From: Piromyces finnis finn | Taxonomy: Eukaryota > Fungi > Neocallimastigomycota | Direction of reading: 5' to 3' | Length of the DNA: 64,000 nucleotides | Assembly (NCBI GenBank): GCA_002104945.1 | Contig: MCFH01000009.1 | Coordinates: 124,001 to 188,000 of the forward strand | In this document: one piece after another, positions 47,166 to 62,215 of the stretch | How positions within the stretch are numbered: position 1 is the first letter of the stretch | Layout: each line of letters begins with the position of its first letter | Position numbers and translations under genes: made by a program | Notes under the pieces: generated by a model | What the model was told of the DNA's origin: nothing | Seen by the model: the letters and a program-made list of their open reading frames with translations, nothing else | Database searches by the model: none

Positions 47166-48251
47166 AACCATCTAATTAAAAAATAAATAAATAAAATTCA
47201 TATTAAATAAATATTATAAATCATTTATTGTTATTTCAAAAGAAGCATATCTATTATCTTTTGTTTTTACTAATATAAGATTTATAATAGTATTTTTTTT
47301 TTCTATCTAATTTTAAAAAAAATTATTTTGTTATTTACGATTTTTTCAATTAAAATAAAAATAAATTAAAAAAAAAAAAAACCCATCTCGGGCCAATTTT
47401 TTAAAATTAAAAAAAAAAAATAAAATAAAAAATAAAAAAAAATAAAATATCTTTAAATATTTTTAAATTTAAGTGGAATAATAATTTCTTGTATATTTAA
47501 TTAATTAAATAAAAGAAATTAATATTAAAAAATTGTAAGTTTTTTTTTATATTGAAATAAGAAAGTTTGAATATATAACAAAATTAAATGAAATTCAATT
47601 AAAGGATATTAATTGTTTGACTAAATGTAGTCATATATTTGATGTTTCATAAATTCTTAAAAGAAATTACAATTTTAAATAAAAAACAAACATTTGAAAT
47701 ATTTTTATATAATTAATATGCAGAATAAACATTTTTATGTTAATAAAACAACAAGAAGAATATAAGAACACTATTTAATTTTAATTAAAATCCGATATTA
47801 ATAATAATTTTATATAAAAGAATAACATTATTTGTTATTTTATCAAAGCAATTAGAAATATTATAAATCCAGTATTTTCAATGATAATCATTAAATTAAA
47901 TTATTATTGTTGTCATTATTTGATATAATCAAATAATTAATTAATTAAAATAAGTGAAATATTGTTTTATATATTAAATATATTATTGATATTTTTCATA
48001 TACTGTGTTTTTAAACTGTTCTTTTTTTCTTTTTTTTTTTAATAAATTAATTCCATTATTTAAATGGAGGTATTCATAAATATTTAATATTAATTATATC
48101 TTTTAAATATATTAAGAATTACTAAAATATCAAAATCTTATTCCTTTAAATACTCTTTTCTTTAATTATAATTTTATAATAAAGAAATAATAATATGTTC
48201 TTTTGTATAATAAAAGAACAGTCATGCTTTTTTTTTAAATATAATTAAGAA

Positions 48252-51200
48252 ATGAGTAAGGAAATTCAATCTCAAAAACAATTCCAAATGTTAACAAACG
48301 TATTAAATCGCAAAAGAAAACAAGAAGATGGGAAAGAAGACGCTTCAATAACTTCTAAGCATCTTAAAAACAAAAACAATCCAGTATTAATGAAAAATAT
48401 ACTACAAAATACAGCGTCTTCAGCATCAAAAATTGTTCCAAAAATTAATCTTGATGTTGATAAAAAATCCAATTCAACAAAATCAATACATACAAATACA
48501 AGAACATCTTCGGTTCGTGATACCCGTTCAAAAAATTCATTAATAACAAATAGAATGACAAATTCAACGAGATTATTATCTTCTAGAAAACCAGCAACTA
48601 GTACTATAGGAACTAAAAGAATTACGAAAAAGAGACCGGCTTGGGATACAAAAGTAATTGACTTGATAATTTAATACTAAATTAATCTATTCAAAGTAAA
48701 ATTCATTATTAAATTCATATATATTATTTAAACTATTTAATTTAACTAAAAGGGTCGATTACAAGATTTAGAAATGGAATCAAAAGAGAATAAAAAATTA
48801 AGTAATATTGGGTATTATAGTTTTATTTTCTAAATATATATAATAAATAATTAATTATATATTTATATCAAATAATATAATAAATTAGTTGAAGAATTAT
48901 TAAAGAATCTTTCTGGAAAAATAAAAATACAAGAAAAGGATAATAATGAATTAAAACAAGTTCATAAAAAAACAACTGAAACTAATAAAGTATACATTTA
49001 ATACATTACTAATGTATTTATTTTTATATATAATAAATTAAAATAAATATTTAATTCATTTTTTTCTTATAAAATTATAATAAAAAGTCGTTAACTCAAA
49101 AGATTGAGGTATGATTAATAATTTATACAAATTATTATCCCTTTAGTAAATAAAAGTATTAAAATTATTTATTGTTGTATTGATATATTTTATAAGGAAT
49201 TAACTGAACTTATAGAGGTAATTAAATAAAAAGTAACCTTTTATTAAAATAAAAATCATTCAAAAAATAATATTAATAAAATTAAATATTATATATTAAT
49301 AATATGTCACCACCACCATTACTTTTACTAATAATAATGATGATAATGATAGACTTTAAGAGAGAGAAATACAAACTTAGAATCTAAATTAAAACCATAT
49401 GATGTAAATATTTATATACATAAAAAAAATAATTTAAACATGAAATATGAACAAATAAAACATAAATCTTAAATAAATCATTTTCGATTAATAACAGGAA
49501 TTGAAAGATAAAATGACAGAACTTGAAGGAAAACTAAAAGACAAAGAAGATACAATTAAAATAAAAAATGAAGAAATTGAGAAATTAAAGGTAAATTAAT
49601 ATGATTTTATTTAGTATCATTTAATATTAAATTAAATATATTATATATTATTTTTTCTTGGAAGTACTATAATAATATTTTATTTAATTTTATTTATAAA
49701 GGATATAATAAAAGATCAGACAACATCAATAACTATAATGAAAAATGAAGAATTAAGTTTTAAAACAACAATAGAGGTTACTATTGTATAAAAATTAGAT
49801 ATTTTTAAAAATAAAAATTAATTAATTAACCTCTTTCAAAAAAATATAAAAAAAAAAAAAGGCAAAAGATTTAATAATAAAAGCAAAGAATGATGAAATA
49901 GAGAAAATGAAACATGAAATAGAAGTATTGAAAGAACAATATACAGCATCAAATAGAAAAAGAGTACAAGAAGAATCATTGAGAAGAAAAATGCATAATG
50001 AAATTCTTGTAAATATTATCTATTAACTCCAATTAAAATATTTTGTTTATTAATATTCTGAATTTGTGTTTTTCGTATTTAAATAGGAATTAAAAGGAAA
50101 TATAAGAGTTTTTTGTAGAGTTAGACCTGTACTAAGTAAGTAATATAAATTAAAAAGACTTGCTATTAATGAACATATTAAATTAATAAAATAAATAAAT
50201 ATTAAATTTAATATAGCAACTGAGACAAATGGAAAATCAACAAAAGATGTAACATCTGATATTCAGTATCCAGATGATGAAAGAAAAATTATTTTGACAC
50301 AGCAATCGGTATTTTATATTAAATATTTCTATTATAACTACTTATAATTGATAAGATTTTAATTACTATTATAATACTTAAACTTGTATTATAATTCTTG
50401 TAACAATTCTTAATTAATTATAAACTATATAAAATTTTAAAGACAACTGCCTTAGGAAATACTGTTCCAAAAATATATCCTTTTGCATTTGATAAAGTAT
50501 TTCAGGATAATGCTAGTCAAGGTGAAATATTCGAAGATATATCACAATTAGTGCAATCAGCATTAGATGGATATAATGTTTGCATTTTTGCGTATGGACA
50601 AACTGGAAGTGGTAAAACATATACGTATGTATATAATATATAATAGTTTTAATATGTTTCTATATAATATTAATTAATATTTTAATTGATATTATTATTT
50701 TGCTATTAGAATGGAAGGTATACCTGATGATAAAGAAAAAATAGGAATGATACCGAGAGCTGTAAAACAAATATTTTTAGCATCAAAAGAATTAGAAGAA
50801 AAAGGATGGAAATATGAAATGGAAGGACAAGTAATAATTTTGATGATATCTATAATAAATATTAAATCATTTTATAGTTACACTATTTTTAAATAATGTA
50901 TTATTATTTTAATAATATTAACAATAATAAATATATGTATATATTAACATTTTGAAAATAGTATTTAGAAATTTATAATGAAACAGTAAGAGATCTTTTA
51001 GGTAACGGAGATTTATCCAAAAAGCATGAAATTAAACATAATTTACATACAGGAAAAACAAGTGTAACGGACACCACAGTAATAAAAGTTCATACACCTG
51101 AGCAAGTACATAATCTATTAAAAAAAGCTCAACAAAATAGAGCAGTTGGAGCAACTCTATGTAATGAACGATCATCAAGATCTCATAGGTAAAAATTGTG

Positions 51201-52176
51201 AAGATAAAAAATAGCGAAAAAAAAAAAAAGTTATAAAAGTAATTTTTTAGAATCTATTTCTAATCATTTATCTTCTCTATAATTATCAATATATATAAAA
51301 TAATCTTGAATACTAGTGTTTTTATATTTAAATTATCAGGTATAAATTCAATTACTGAAGATACATGTGAAGGTACTTTAAACCTTATAGATTTAGCTGG
51401 TTCAGAAAGATTATCACAAAGTGGTGCCACTGGTGATAGATTAAAGGAAACACAAGCTATTAACAAGAGTTTAAGTTGTTTAAGTGATGTTATTGCTGCT
51501 TTAGGTATAAATATATTCACAAAATGACTATTTTTTATATATTTATTATTTAAAATAACAATTTTCATATAACTTTTATATTGTATTAAATAATTATATA
51601 GCTAATAAGGAACCTCATGTTCCATATCGTAATTCCAAAGTAATATATAAATATTTCTTGATTGTTATATAAATTTATATTTTTTAGCTTTCATAATTTT
51701 TTTAAAAAAAAAAAAAATAATTATTAATATGAATCATTTATTCAATAAAATTTTATAGTTGACATATTTATTACAAAATTCCCTTGGTAAATAAATATTA
51801 TTATACATTATATAAATATTAATTTTGAATTAAATATAAAATCAAGATTTTTGAAGAAGATTATTTTTATATCTTAAAATATTTATTTTTTTATTTTTTT
51901 TTTAAACTGTTTAATAGGAGGCAATAGTAAAACATTAATGTTTGTAAATATATCACCGTTAGCAAATAATTTCCAAGAGACTATCTGTTCACTTCGATTT
52001 GCTACAAAAGTAATTAATCAATTTTAAATATTAATATTTTTAAAATATATTTCTATTTATATAATTATTTTTTTAGTAAAATATACAAAATATTAATTAT
52101 ATTTTTATAAAATACATTTCATTATTAGGTTAATAAATGTCAAATTGGAACAGCGAAAAGATCAATTAAAATTTAA
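48252..52176 (+). CDS. Kinesin-14 (Kar3/KlpA/Ncd-type C-terminal motor), many exons
   Basis: Basic N-terminal tail and coiled-coil stalk. Neck [24 protein letters not shown]-loop [78 protein letters not shown]. Confidence 0.96.
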
Positions 52177-52713
52177 AATACAATTTATCTACATCAATAA
52201 TAATATTAATAATAAGCATTAACTATATTTTTTCTTTTATAAATATATATATATTTTTTTTATAAGCACAATAAAAAATAAATTTAAAATATATCAATAT
52301 TCAGGAAAAAAAAAAAAAAAAAAAAAAAAAACCTTCAAATACCATTAAAAGATTTTTTATTATTTTATTTTTTTTTTTTTTTTTTTTTTTTATTATTTTA
52401 AAATAATACTTCATAACTATTGAAAACTGGACTTTTATTAAAAAAATAATTTTTATACTATGGTATATATAGATTTATTAAAAAATTTTGAATGTATTGT
52501 ATGTATAAATATTTTATATACATTATTTTAAAGTATTTAATACTTTAAAAAAAAAAATTAAAACATTAATATTTTTTTACAATAGAAAATATTAATTAAA
52601 TATATAAAAATTTCTTTGTTCATTTTATTTTTTAAAATTTTGGTTATATGTGAATAAAAAAAAAAAAATGTATATTTGTGTCTATATCTCTATAAATAAT
52701 ATTATATAATATT

Positions 52714-55700
52714 TCAATCATAGTCATTATTATCATTATAATCATCATTATTATTATCATTATAATGATCATTTTCAGGATCAATAATTTCAATTTTTAT
52801 ATTATCATTATCATTCCAAGAATCAGGTTTATCAGGATCTTCATCCAAATTATCATTGTTCTCATGATCTTCAGGGTTATCATGATCTATATCCTCTTGA
52901 TCATAATTACCAGCATCGAAATCTTTTGCAATATCGTTTTCATTATTATTATTGTTATCATAGCATCCATTTGGATTATCACATTCTTTTGAGTCCATGG
53001 ATGATTTGTTTTCTTCTAAAATATCGTATTCATTATTATTTTCGTTATTCATGTATGAATTATTTGGTTCATTATAAATTTTGTTATCATTATTAAGGCC
53101 AATTATTGATTTATTGTTATTAATATTATTACTAAATGTACTTGATACTTGGTATATATTTAAACCTATAACACAAACAACAATAAATGAAATGATACTT
53201 AGGCATATTTTAGCAAAAGTTTTAGGTGACCATGGTATCCAATCAGGAATACCATTATAATAGTTTGAAATGAATTGTGGATGTATAGGTAAAGTACCAA
53301 GAACAGTTGGACGATGAGTAAGACCTGTTATATCTGTACTAGGTGGTAACATGTTTGTTGGGGGAGGTACTAAAAGATTATTAGACTTGGAATTATTGTT
53401 TTCACTATTATCGTTTGATGATGAATTTTGGTCATTGTTTGGTTTATATAAGTAAATATTTGGTGGCTCGTTGACATAATTATTTAAGCTTTGTGAAGAA
53501 GTATTATACTTATTATCATATATTTTTTCTTTATATTCTATATTTTGATCAGTATTATTTGGATTGCATGAAGTATTATTTATAACTTCTTCTTCATATA
53601 TTTTTTCCTTTTGTTTTTTATTTAATTTTGATTCCTTTATTGTTGGATAAGAATCAATAAATCCTTGAATTGTTTTTGATTGCCAATGAATTGTTTTAAG
53701 AAGTTCACGCTGTCTTGGGTTAAAATAATGATTTTCTTTCAACTCTTCTTTAAATTTTAAACATTTTAAATATATAATAATTGGAATGATAAAGTTTGCT
53801 GCCGATACAAAGAATAAAGAAGTCCAATTAATAACGTCATTAATTAATGTTCCTGTTTGGAAAGGTAATACACAAATCCATGGTAAAATATGTGAAAAAA
53901 ATGTTGCTGTTTTGTATCCACATATTTTATTTTGTACTAAATTATTTCTCACAATAATTGAAAATACTGGAATGGAAACCATTAAAATTGCAATTGAAAA
54001 AATATATGTTGTTACTTTTCCAATTGAATTTAAAGAACTTAATTGAGATAAAATATTCAAAGTTCCTTCATTTTTGAAAGAAATGGCTGCAGAATAACCA
54101 ATAAATACATAAAGAATAACTGAAGTAATGGTTGATACCCATAATGATTTTTGAACACTAACTTCTTTTTTCTTTTTTATTTTATTATTATTAAATTTAT
54201 CATTATTTTTTTTTTCCAGATTTTCATAAATATATACCAAATTCAAAAACATTTAAAATTATTAATAAATATTTATTTTTAAAAAAAAAATATTATTATA
54301 TAATTCATTTTACCTTTATATTAATCCAACTTGGGATTGTTGTCACAAAAGCAAAATTAAACATTACTACACCAACTACCTCCTGACATTTACTAGATAA
54401 AAATGGAACATATTCTAGATTGAATCCATTTAAATAAAATAAAATAAACCAAACAGCAAAAATTGCCATTGTAATTAAGAATGAAACTATTATACAGTTA
54501 TTATTTTTAAAAATTTGTTAATTCATGTTATTATTTATTTTTAATATTATAATTAAATCATATACTTACTAATTTGTAAATTGATGTTATCTTGAAGATT
54601 CATAAATCCAACAGGGAATATAAAAATAAATGTAGCCTTTTAACAATTATTATAAATAATAATTATTATTATCTAATTTTTTTTTTTTTTTTTTTTTTTT
54701 TTTTGTATACTTAATAATGTATATTTATATATCTTACTATGTAACCAAGTGTAACCAGCATAAATTGGTCACCAAAAGGACTATTTTCTTTTGCCATTTT
54801 ATCCACACAATAAAGATTAAACATAGAACTAGAACTACCATTATTTACCGCAATACCACATGATTTTTTAAAAATGTTGATAATAAAATTATCCATTGTT
54901 TGGGCTGAATAAATAATTGATGAAATATTTGCTGATTGAAGTGCCAAATATAAAATGATCTGACCTAAAACATGCATTTTTTTACCAAAATAAAAATTGA
55001 TTAAAGTAGAAAATTCCACAGTACCCTATTGTATATTAAGATTATATACAAAATAGATTATCATAATATATTAAAGATAAAAATAAAGATATAAGAGACA
55101 GCATTAATATTTTTATATATCTAACTGAAATCATTTTTATTTATGTTTATTAATATAATAAAGCAGTAAATAAAGAAAAAAAAAAAGTTATTAAAAAATT
55201 ACTTGAAAATGTTTATTTCCAGGAATACTTTGCATTGCTTCTATAATAAACTGTGCACATATTGTTGAAAATACTGCGAAGAATATAAAGGTTAGAGTGG
55301 GTATAATAAACCCAGCGTCGCTAAATATTTGTGGAGTAGGAATCAATCCAGGACCTAAAATACCATTAATTAAGAGAGTTACACCACCTGCAAACCCACT
55401 TTTTATTTTTTTTTTATTATTATTATGTTAAATATATAGGGACAGAATTTTATATTTATAATTTATAATAATTAAAGTAATAATATTTGAGAAATATGTT
55501 TTTATAAAAGTATGTAAATATATATTATACAACAATATTATATTTATTTAATAACTTACACAGTTTTTGTATCCAATAACTTTTTTAATGTTTTATTTCT
55601 ATTTACGATATTAAATGAATTTCTTATTCTAAAACTTATACTACTATTACTTGAAGTTGTGGATTTTCTATGTAAAAAAGAACCTTTTTTGCTACTTGTT

Positions 55701-55966
55701 GAAGAATTCGTTGATTTTCTTCCAAAATTTATGCCTTCACTAGATAAAGTTGTATCTCTTTTTATAAGTGTTGCACTTCCTTCATCATCTGATTCATATG
55801 CATCTTCAACATCATCATTTATATCATCATTATATTTATTCGTAATTCTTCCAGATATATCAATAAATGATACTGATTTATTGATAGTAGGTGTTTCTTC
55901 CCCATCAATAGAAGGGGATTTCATACTAGTTGATGGTAATGTCAAGGAAGGTTTTATTGAACTCAT
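52714..55966 (-). CDS. AAAP-family (Aa_trans) amino-acid transporter with an acidic C-terminal tail
   Basis: GFAGGVTLLINGILGPGLIPTPQIFSDAGF, FIIEAMQSIPGNKHFQGTVEFSTLINFYFG, SIPVFSIIVRNNL, FVSAANFIIP, and multiple hydrophobic TM segments. Confidence 0.85.
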
Positions 55967-58119
55967 TTTAAATTAAATTTGTCTTTTAATTTTTATTCTT
56001 TCTTTTTTTTTTTTTCTTTTTTTGTACAGGAATTAAATATATAATAAATTTTGTATTTCTAAAAAAAGTATTAAATTATTTTTTATTCTATATATTTTGA
56101 TTACATGGATTCCGATAATAAATATTTTAAATATTATGTAAATATTGTTTCTTAAAATACTATATATTATATTCCACTATTTTTTTTCTCTATTAAATTT
56201 GAATATAATTTTATAAGGTATTAAGTAAATTAATTATTTTTCATTGACTCATTTTAATAAAATTTTATATTCTAATAATTATAGTGTAAATATAAATATA
56301 AAACGTTTTATTATAAATGCTTTACTTTGTTTATCTACTTATATCTTTTACTTTATTCTTAAAATTTTAATAGTTGTAATTTATTTTGTGATAATTTCTA
56401 AAATAGAATTTTGATAATGTTTATTATTAATATATTACTATTTTTTATTAATTATCACCACTTTACAATACTTTTCAGTTTATCTTTTTAAACTTTACTG
56501 TTATTAATCAAAAGTTATTATTCAAAATACCTAATGAATTCAATGATATCAAAATATTTTATTTATTATTTTAATTCCTCATACACAATTTATTATTAAA
56601 ATTCTTTTATTTATTTTTTTTTTTTATTACTAGATAAAAAAAGTTTTTTTCGCTTTAATTATTAAAATAATATATAATATTAATGATATTATATAAGATA
56701 TTATATAAATTAATATAGATCAATATTACTTCTAATATATTATATATTTATTCAATTTATTTTACATATAAAAAAATATTACTTTTTTTGGTGATAATAA
56801 TGAAAAATACTGCATTAAGGATTAGATTACTAATATATTATATATTAATATATTATTGTATAATATATAACTTATTTAATTTCATATATTAATAATAATT
56901 TAATTTAAACAAGAATAAAATTTTAAATTTAATAATTTTTACTAGATAATTATCATCTAATTGTAAATAATTATTAAATTGTCCTGGAATTGCATATTTT
57001 ATTACATTTTAAAGTTGCAACCATTTAAAGCATAATAAAAATTTAATAAATAATAATTAAAATATTAAAAAAATTAAATAATACATTTTTATTTTAAATG
57101 TTTGAGAATAATACAAAATTTCTACTATAGAAATGAAATTCAATCCTTTATCTATTACTTAGGCAAAGAAATATTCCATTTTTTTTTTAATTTTATACAA
57201 TTCATTTTTAATTTAAAAATTATTTGATAATATATTTATTATGAATATATTCTATTTTACCTACCGCAATTAAATATCAATATAGAATATATACATTAAT
57301 TTGTATAAAAGAATTATTAATATAAATGAATTTATAATACAATTGAGATATATATTTAATTAATATTATTGTATCATTAATATAATTGAATTAATTTCTT
57401 TCGAATTTAAATAATATAATAATATATATTATATTATATTCATTTAATTCATTTTATTATATGGTTTATTAAATTAAAATACATGGCAATAATTTTTTTT
57501 AATCTTGGAAGAAAAAACATTTTTTAAACCTTATTTAATACAAATTTTAATTATAAATAAATTCTAATATATTATATAAATCTATATTTACTTTATTTAT
57601 ATCAATATTAATTTTTTCATACTTTTGTATGCAAAGATACCATTTGAATGTTATAATGATAATAATTAATATTGATTATATTTGTTCATAAAACTATTAT
57701 TATAAATGCTAACAATACCTTAGTATATATAACATAAAGTATTTCTTAAATAATAAATTATAAATCTTAACTATATTTATATTTCATTATTTACAGAAAC
57801 TTCATCGACGATTTTAACCTATAGTTAAATAAATATTTTTTAAATACACTTTATTAAAAAAAATTATTAATAATATTAACCTATAAACTTCCTGGAAAGA
57901 AATTCTTTAATGTACAAAAACCATGTATACATTTAAATACATTGTATCAGAATTATTGTAGATAAACAAAAAAAATTTTAAATAAATTAATAAAAAATGA
58001 ATAGATAAATAACATGGAATAACAATTACTTTTTATTGAAATACTTTATTATTCAAATTTCCTACTCTATAATCTATAATTAATTATTTAATAAAAAGAT
58101 TTTATTATTATAAATGACT

Positions 58120-59528
58120 TTATTTTGCATCGTAAAAGATATCTTCATCTTTAATTTCTTCATCAGGTTTATGTATTTTGGCTGAATTCCAAGCCTGTTT
58201 AGCAGCATCAGATATACCTATATCTTCAGTATTAAATTTAAACATACTAAATAAACTAATAATAGTAATAATTCGAATTATCCATATTAAAGCTTTATTT
58301 GCTCTTGGATAACGACGAGAAGGTATATAATCAAAAACTAGGTCTTGAAAGGTATAAAAAACATGCATTGGTAATAATACACCCAATAAGACATCAATAA
58401 ACATGTGGTGCCCAAAAATTCCATAAACGACAGTACATCCTAAAATTCCGGCAACAACGATTTTTGATAATGCCCAATGATAAGAACCTTCCATACGACC
58501 CTTTGAAGCAATTTCTATTTATAAAAATAATATATATAAATCAAAATAATAATAATAATTTAAATTAATTATTACTCTTAGAATACTTTAAAAAATATTT
58601 AAAATTATTAATATAAAAAAATTTTATATACCATTTCTCTTGGTTGCTAATTTAATATATTCTTTTTTTTCTTTACTATCTCTAAACTTTGGCATATTAT
58701 CATCTAATATATATTTATTAAAAAATTTTAATTATACAAATTTTATATTATTATATTTAAAAGGAATAATTAATTTATAATTAATAATAGCTATAAAAAA
58801 ATCATTACCCTGATCTTTAAGAATAGGACCTAATAACATTGTAAGATATATTATAACATATATAATAATTATTTTATTTATGAATATGTTTATTATATTT
58901 AAAATATCAAATTTTATTATAAATTATAGATTTTAATTATTAAATGATTAATAAAAATAAAAAAATTGCTTTATTTCTTTTTAATTAATTATCAAATATT
59001 ACCTGAATGAAAATATGTTTGAGGTATTACATTAATTTTATTAGTTTTACATAAAGCATTTTTTCTTATTATGCTTGATACAATATCATATTTTATATTA
59101 CCTGAATGAAAATATGTTTGAGGTATTACATTAATTTTATTAGTTTTACATAAAGCATTTTTTCTTATTATGCTTGATACAATATCATATTTTATATTAC
59201 TTTTACAAGAGTTTATATAATTTCTTTTTAAATTGGTTGAGCTATTTAAATTTGATGATTGTGATGATAAATTTTCATTTGATTGAATTAAAGATGAAAA
59301 TGACTTTTTTATTTTAATAGAACTTCCTGTATTTAAATTTATTAAATTTGTTAAACATGGAGTTGTATTTAAAAGATTTTCTTGTTTTAAACGAATAGTT
59401 AAATGAACATTTTTTGATTTTGAACTAAAATTTCTATATTGATTTAACTCATGATTAAAAATTTTATTAGTAGTATTTTTACTTAAATTTGTTAATTTTA
59501 ATATTCCTTTTGGATTTATAATTTCCAT
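58120..59528 (-). CDS. SDH4: Succinate dehydrogenase small membrane anchor (Sdh4/CybS) with a long N-terminal extension, 4 exons
   Basis: Exons 59528-59003, 58829-58809, 58703-58632, 58514-58120 join in frame (337 aa). Motifs: EGSYHW, DVLLGVLLPMH (heme His position), DLVFDYIPSRRYP (DY), KFNTEDIGI. Confidence 0.85.
58996..59200. repeat. Perfect 99-bp tandem duplication (2 copies + 7 bp) at the 3' end of Sdh4 exon 1
   Basis: 58996-59094 equals 59095-59193. It encodes NIKYDIVSSIIRKNALCKTNKINVIPQTYFHSG twice. Confidence 0.97.
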
Positions 59529-59807
59529 CTTAATATATTTTATGTATTTAATGTATTTTATGTTCTTTAATAAAATACTTTTTTTATTGCAATTCTATAA
59601 TTTATTTTTTTAAAAAAAAAAATAATTTTTAATTTTACAATTTTTTTTTTCTTTTTTTTTTTTTTTTATTTTATTTTATTATTTTTATTTTATTTAAAAA
59701 AAAAATAAATAAATAAATAAAATATAAATTTTTTATGTTATTTAGTATAATATTAATAAATAAAGTTTATAAAACTAAAAAAAAAAAAAAAAAAAATTAT
59801 ATATATC

Positions 59808-59989
<182 letters not shown>

Positions 59990-60255
59990 GCCTTACATGA
60001 TTTTCTATTTACAGTATATTGAATAAAAAAAAAAAGTTATAATAACAATTGTTAATCTATTAACTATTGTTAAATATTTTATTTTTTAATTTTTATTTTG
60101 AAAATTCAATAATATAATAAATATTTGTTCTATACATAATTGAAATTATTACTGAAAAAAAAAAAAAAAAAAGAGAAAAACTAAAAGTATTTATGTATTT
60201 ACTAATATTGAAAAATTATTATTAAAAAAAAATTTTTTTTTTTATTTTTTTGGAT

Positions 60256-62183
60256 TTATTGATTTAAAATTTTGTTTCTTTGCTGAAAACTATTTTCATG
60301 CTTAAGTATTAATAATTCTTGTTTACTACTTCCAAATACACTGTTATCTTTATTCCATGGTTTTTCTGAGCTAATTCTCATTTTACGTTCTAATGTTGGA
60401 CAATTAACATAGTAACGTCCACAAATTTCATTTAAATGAATAGTTCTCGTTTCACCTGAATTAATCCATAAAATATCTGAAAATTCAGGAATAAATAAAG
60501 ATGATATGGAGGATGATGAAGACATAGTAGAGAGATTATTATTAGAATGTATTATAGCTCTGGAAGAAATGGATGGTGATGATATTGGTGAAATGATTTC
60601 CTTTTTTGAATTTATTATACCTTCGGTATTGTTTAATTGATTATCTAACTTCTCTGCAAACACATTAAAATATATCTTTCCTGTTATTTCTATGTTAGAT
60701 GAAGATTTTCCTTTATTTCTAATTTCTACAATCTTATCAACTTCTAAATATTCATGTTTATCTACTCTTTCGAAATTATTTACTGTTTTAATCCAACGGG
60801 TAGTACTATTGTTTGATAAATCAAGTCGAAGTAAATCTCCTATATAGAGCTGTTCAGCTCCGAAACGGAAATACTCTAATTCATTTCGGGTTTCTTTTTT
60901 ATTTAAAAAGGTATCTTCATTAATGTTTAATAATAAATTTTTATCATTCATCGTATGAAATGATGATGTATCTATCACAGAATCTTTATTTAGTCTAGGA
61001 ATGGAAAAGGATGATGATAAATCAATAGCTTGCATAACAGCTCTATTCCATAAAATATTATTTTTTGAACAAGGATCGTACATTAAAAATGGAATAATTA
61101 TTTTAAATGGAATAAAGTAATATGTTTGGGAAGTATCTTTCTTAGTATCACTATGATAATTATCCTCTTCCTCTTGTTCGATTGAAATATTCTGAAGAGG
61201 AAGTTTCCTACATATATATCCAAGGGTTTCTATTTGTTGAACTGAATTGTTTTGGGTATCATTTAAAACAGATCCTACTGATACTTCAGATCCTGAATCT
61301 GATGGTGGTTTTCTAATTAAATCTTCAGAATCATCAGTATAATATTCATCTCCCTCATCACTTAATACAAAATCATCATCATCGTCATCTTCATCTTCAT
61401 CATCGTATGATCCGCTCATAAGTGTCATTAAATTTTCTTTATCTTTTTTCTTTCTTTCTATTGTTTTTTGAATCTCTGAATCTACCTCTTTTAATTTACT
61501 ATTTACTGTATGGATTACTTCATCCTGGAAATCATTGACTTGTTCAGTATTTGAACTATAAATATTACTTTGTAGAATATTTGGTTTATTCCATAAACTA
61601 TTATTTATATTTAAACTGCTAGCTTCAACATCTTTTAAAATCTCATTTAAATTTACCTTTGAAGATGGTTTTATTATTGTTTTCGATATATATTTTATAA
61701 CCTTCTCAAATGATATCAATTTATTAAATGAATTACTGTCTGAAACTTCTAGGCTTGACAAACGTTTTACAATTTGAAAAGTCCAAAATATAGAATGAGA
61801 TGTATTATTTTCATCTTCGAATATCGGTGCCCATATTATTTCATTTTCACGATAGCCATTATACCATTTCCATTCTTCAGCCTTGCTTTCAACTTTAATT
61901 GCTGATTGTCTATTTTTATAATGATTCCATGCTTTTTTTAATGGTAATTTACTATTTTTAATTAGAATTTTCTCAGATTCTTCATCATCTTCAAATTTTC
62001 TTTTACTCTGTTTCATATACAAAGGATTGGATGGTTTGCAATATATACAATGACAAACATTTGTTTTTCCTAATAAATAATTTATATGTACTTTTGCTTC
62101 TAAAGGTGTTTCAAAATAGTTTCCTGAAGGATGCTGATACAATAAATGAGAAAAAAAAAATATATATAATTAAATAGTATATT

Positions 62184-62215
<32 letters not shown>

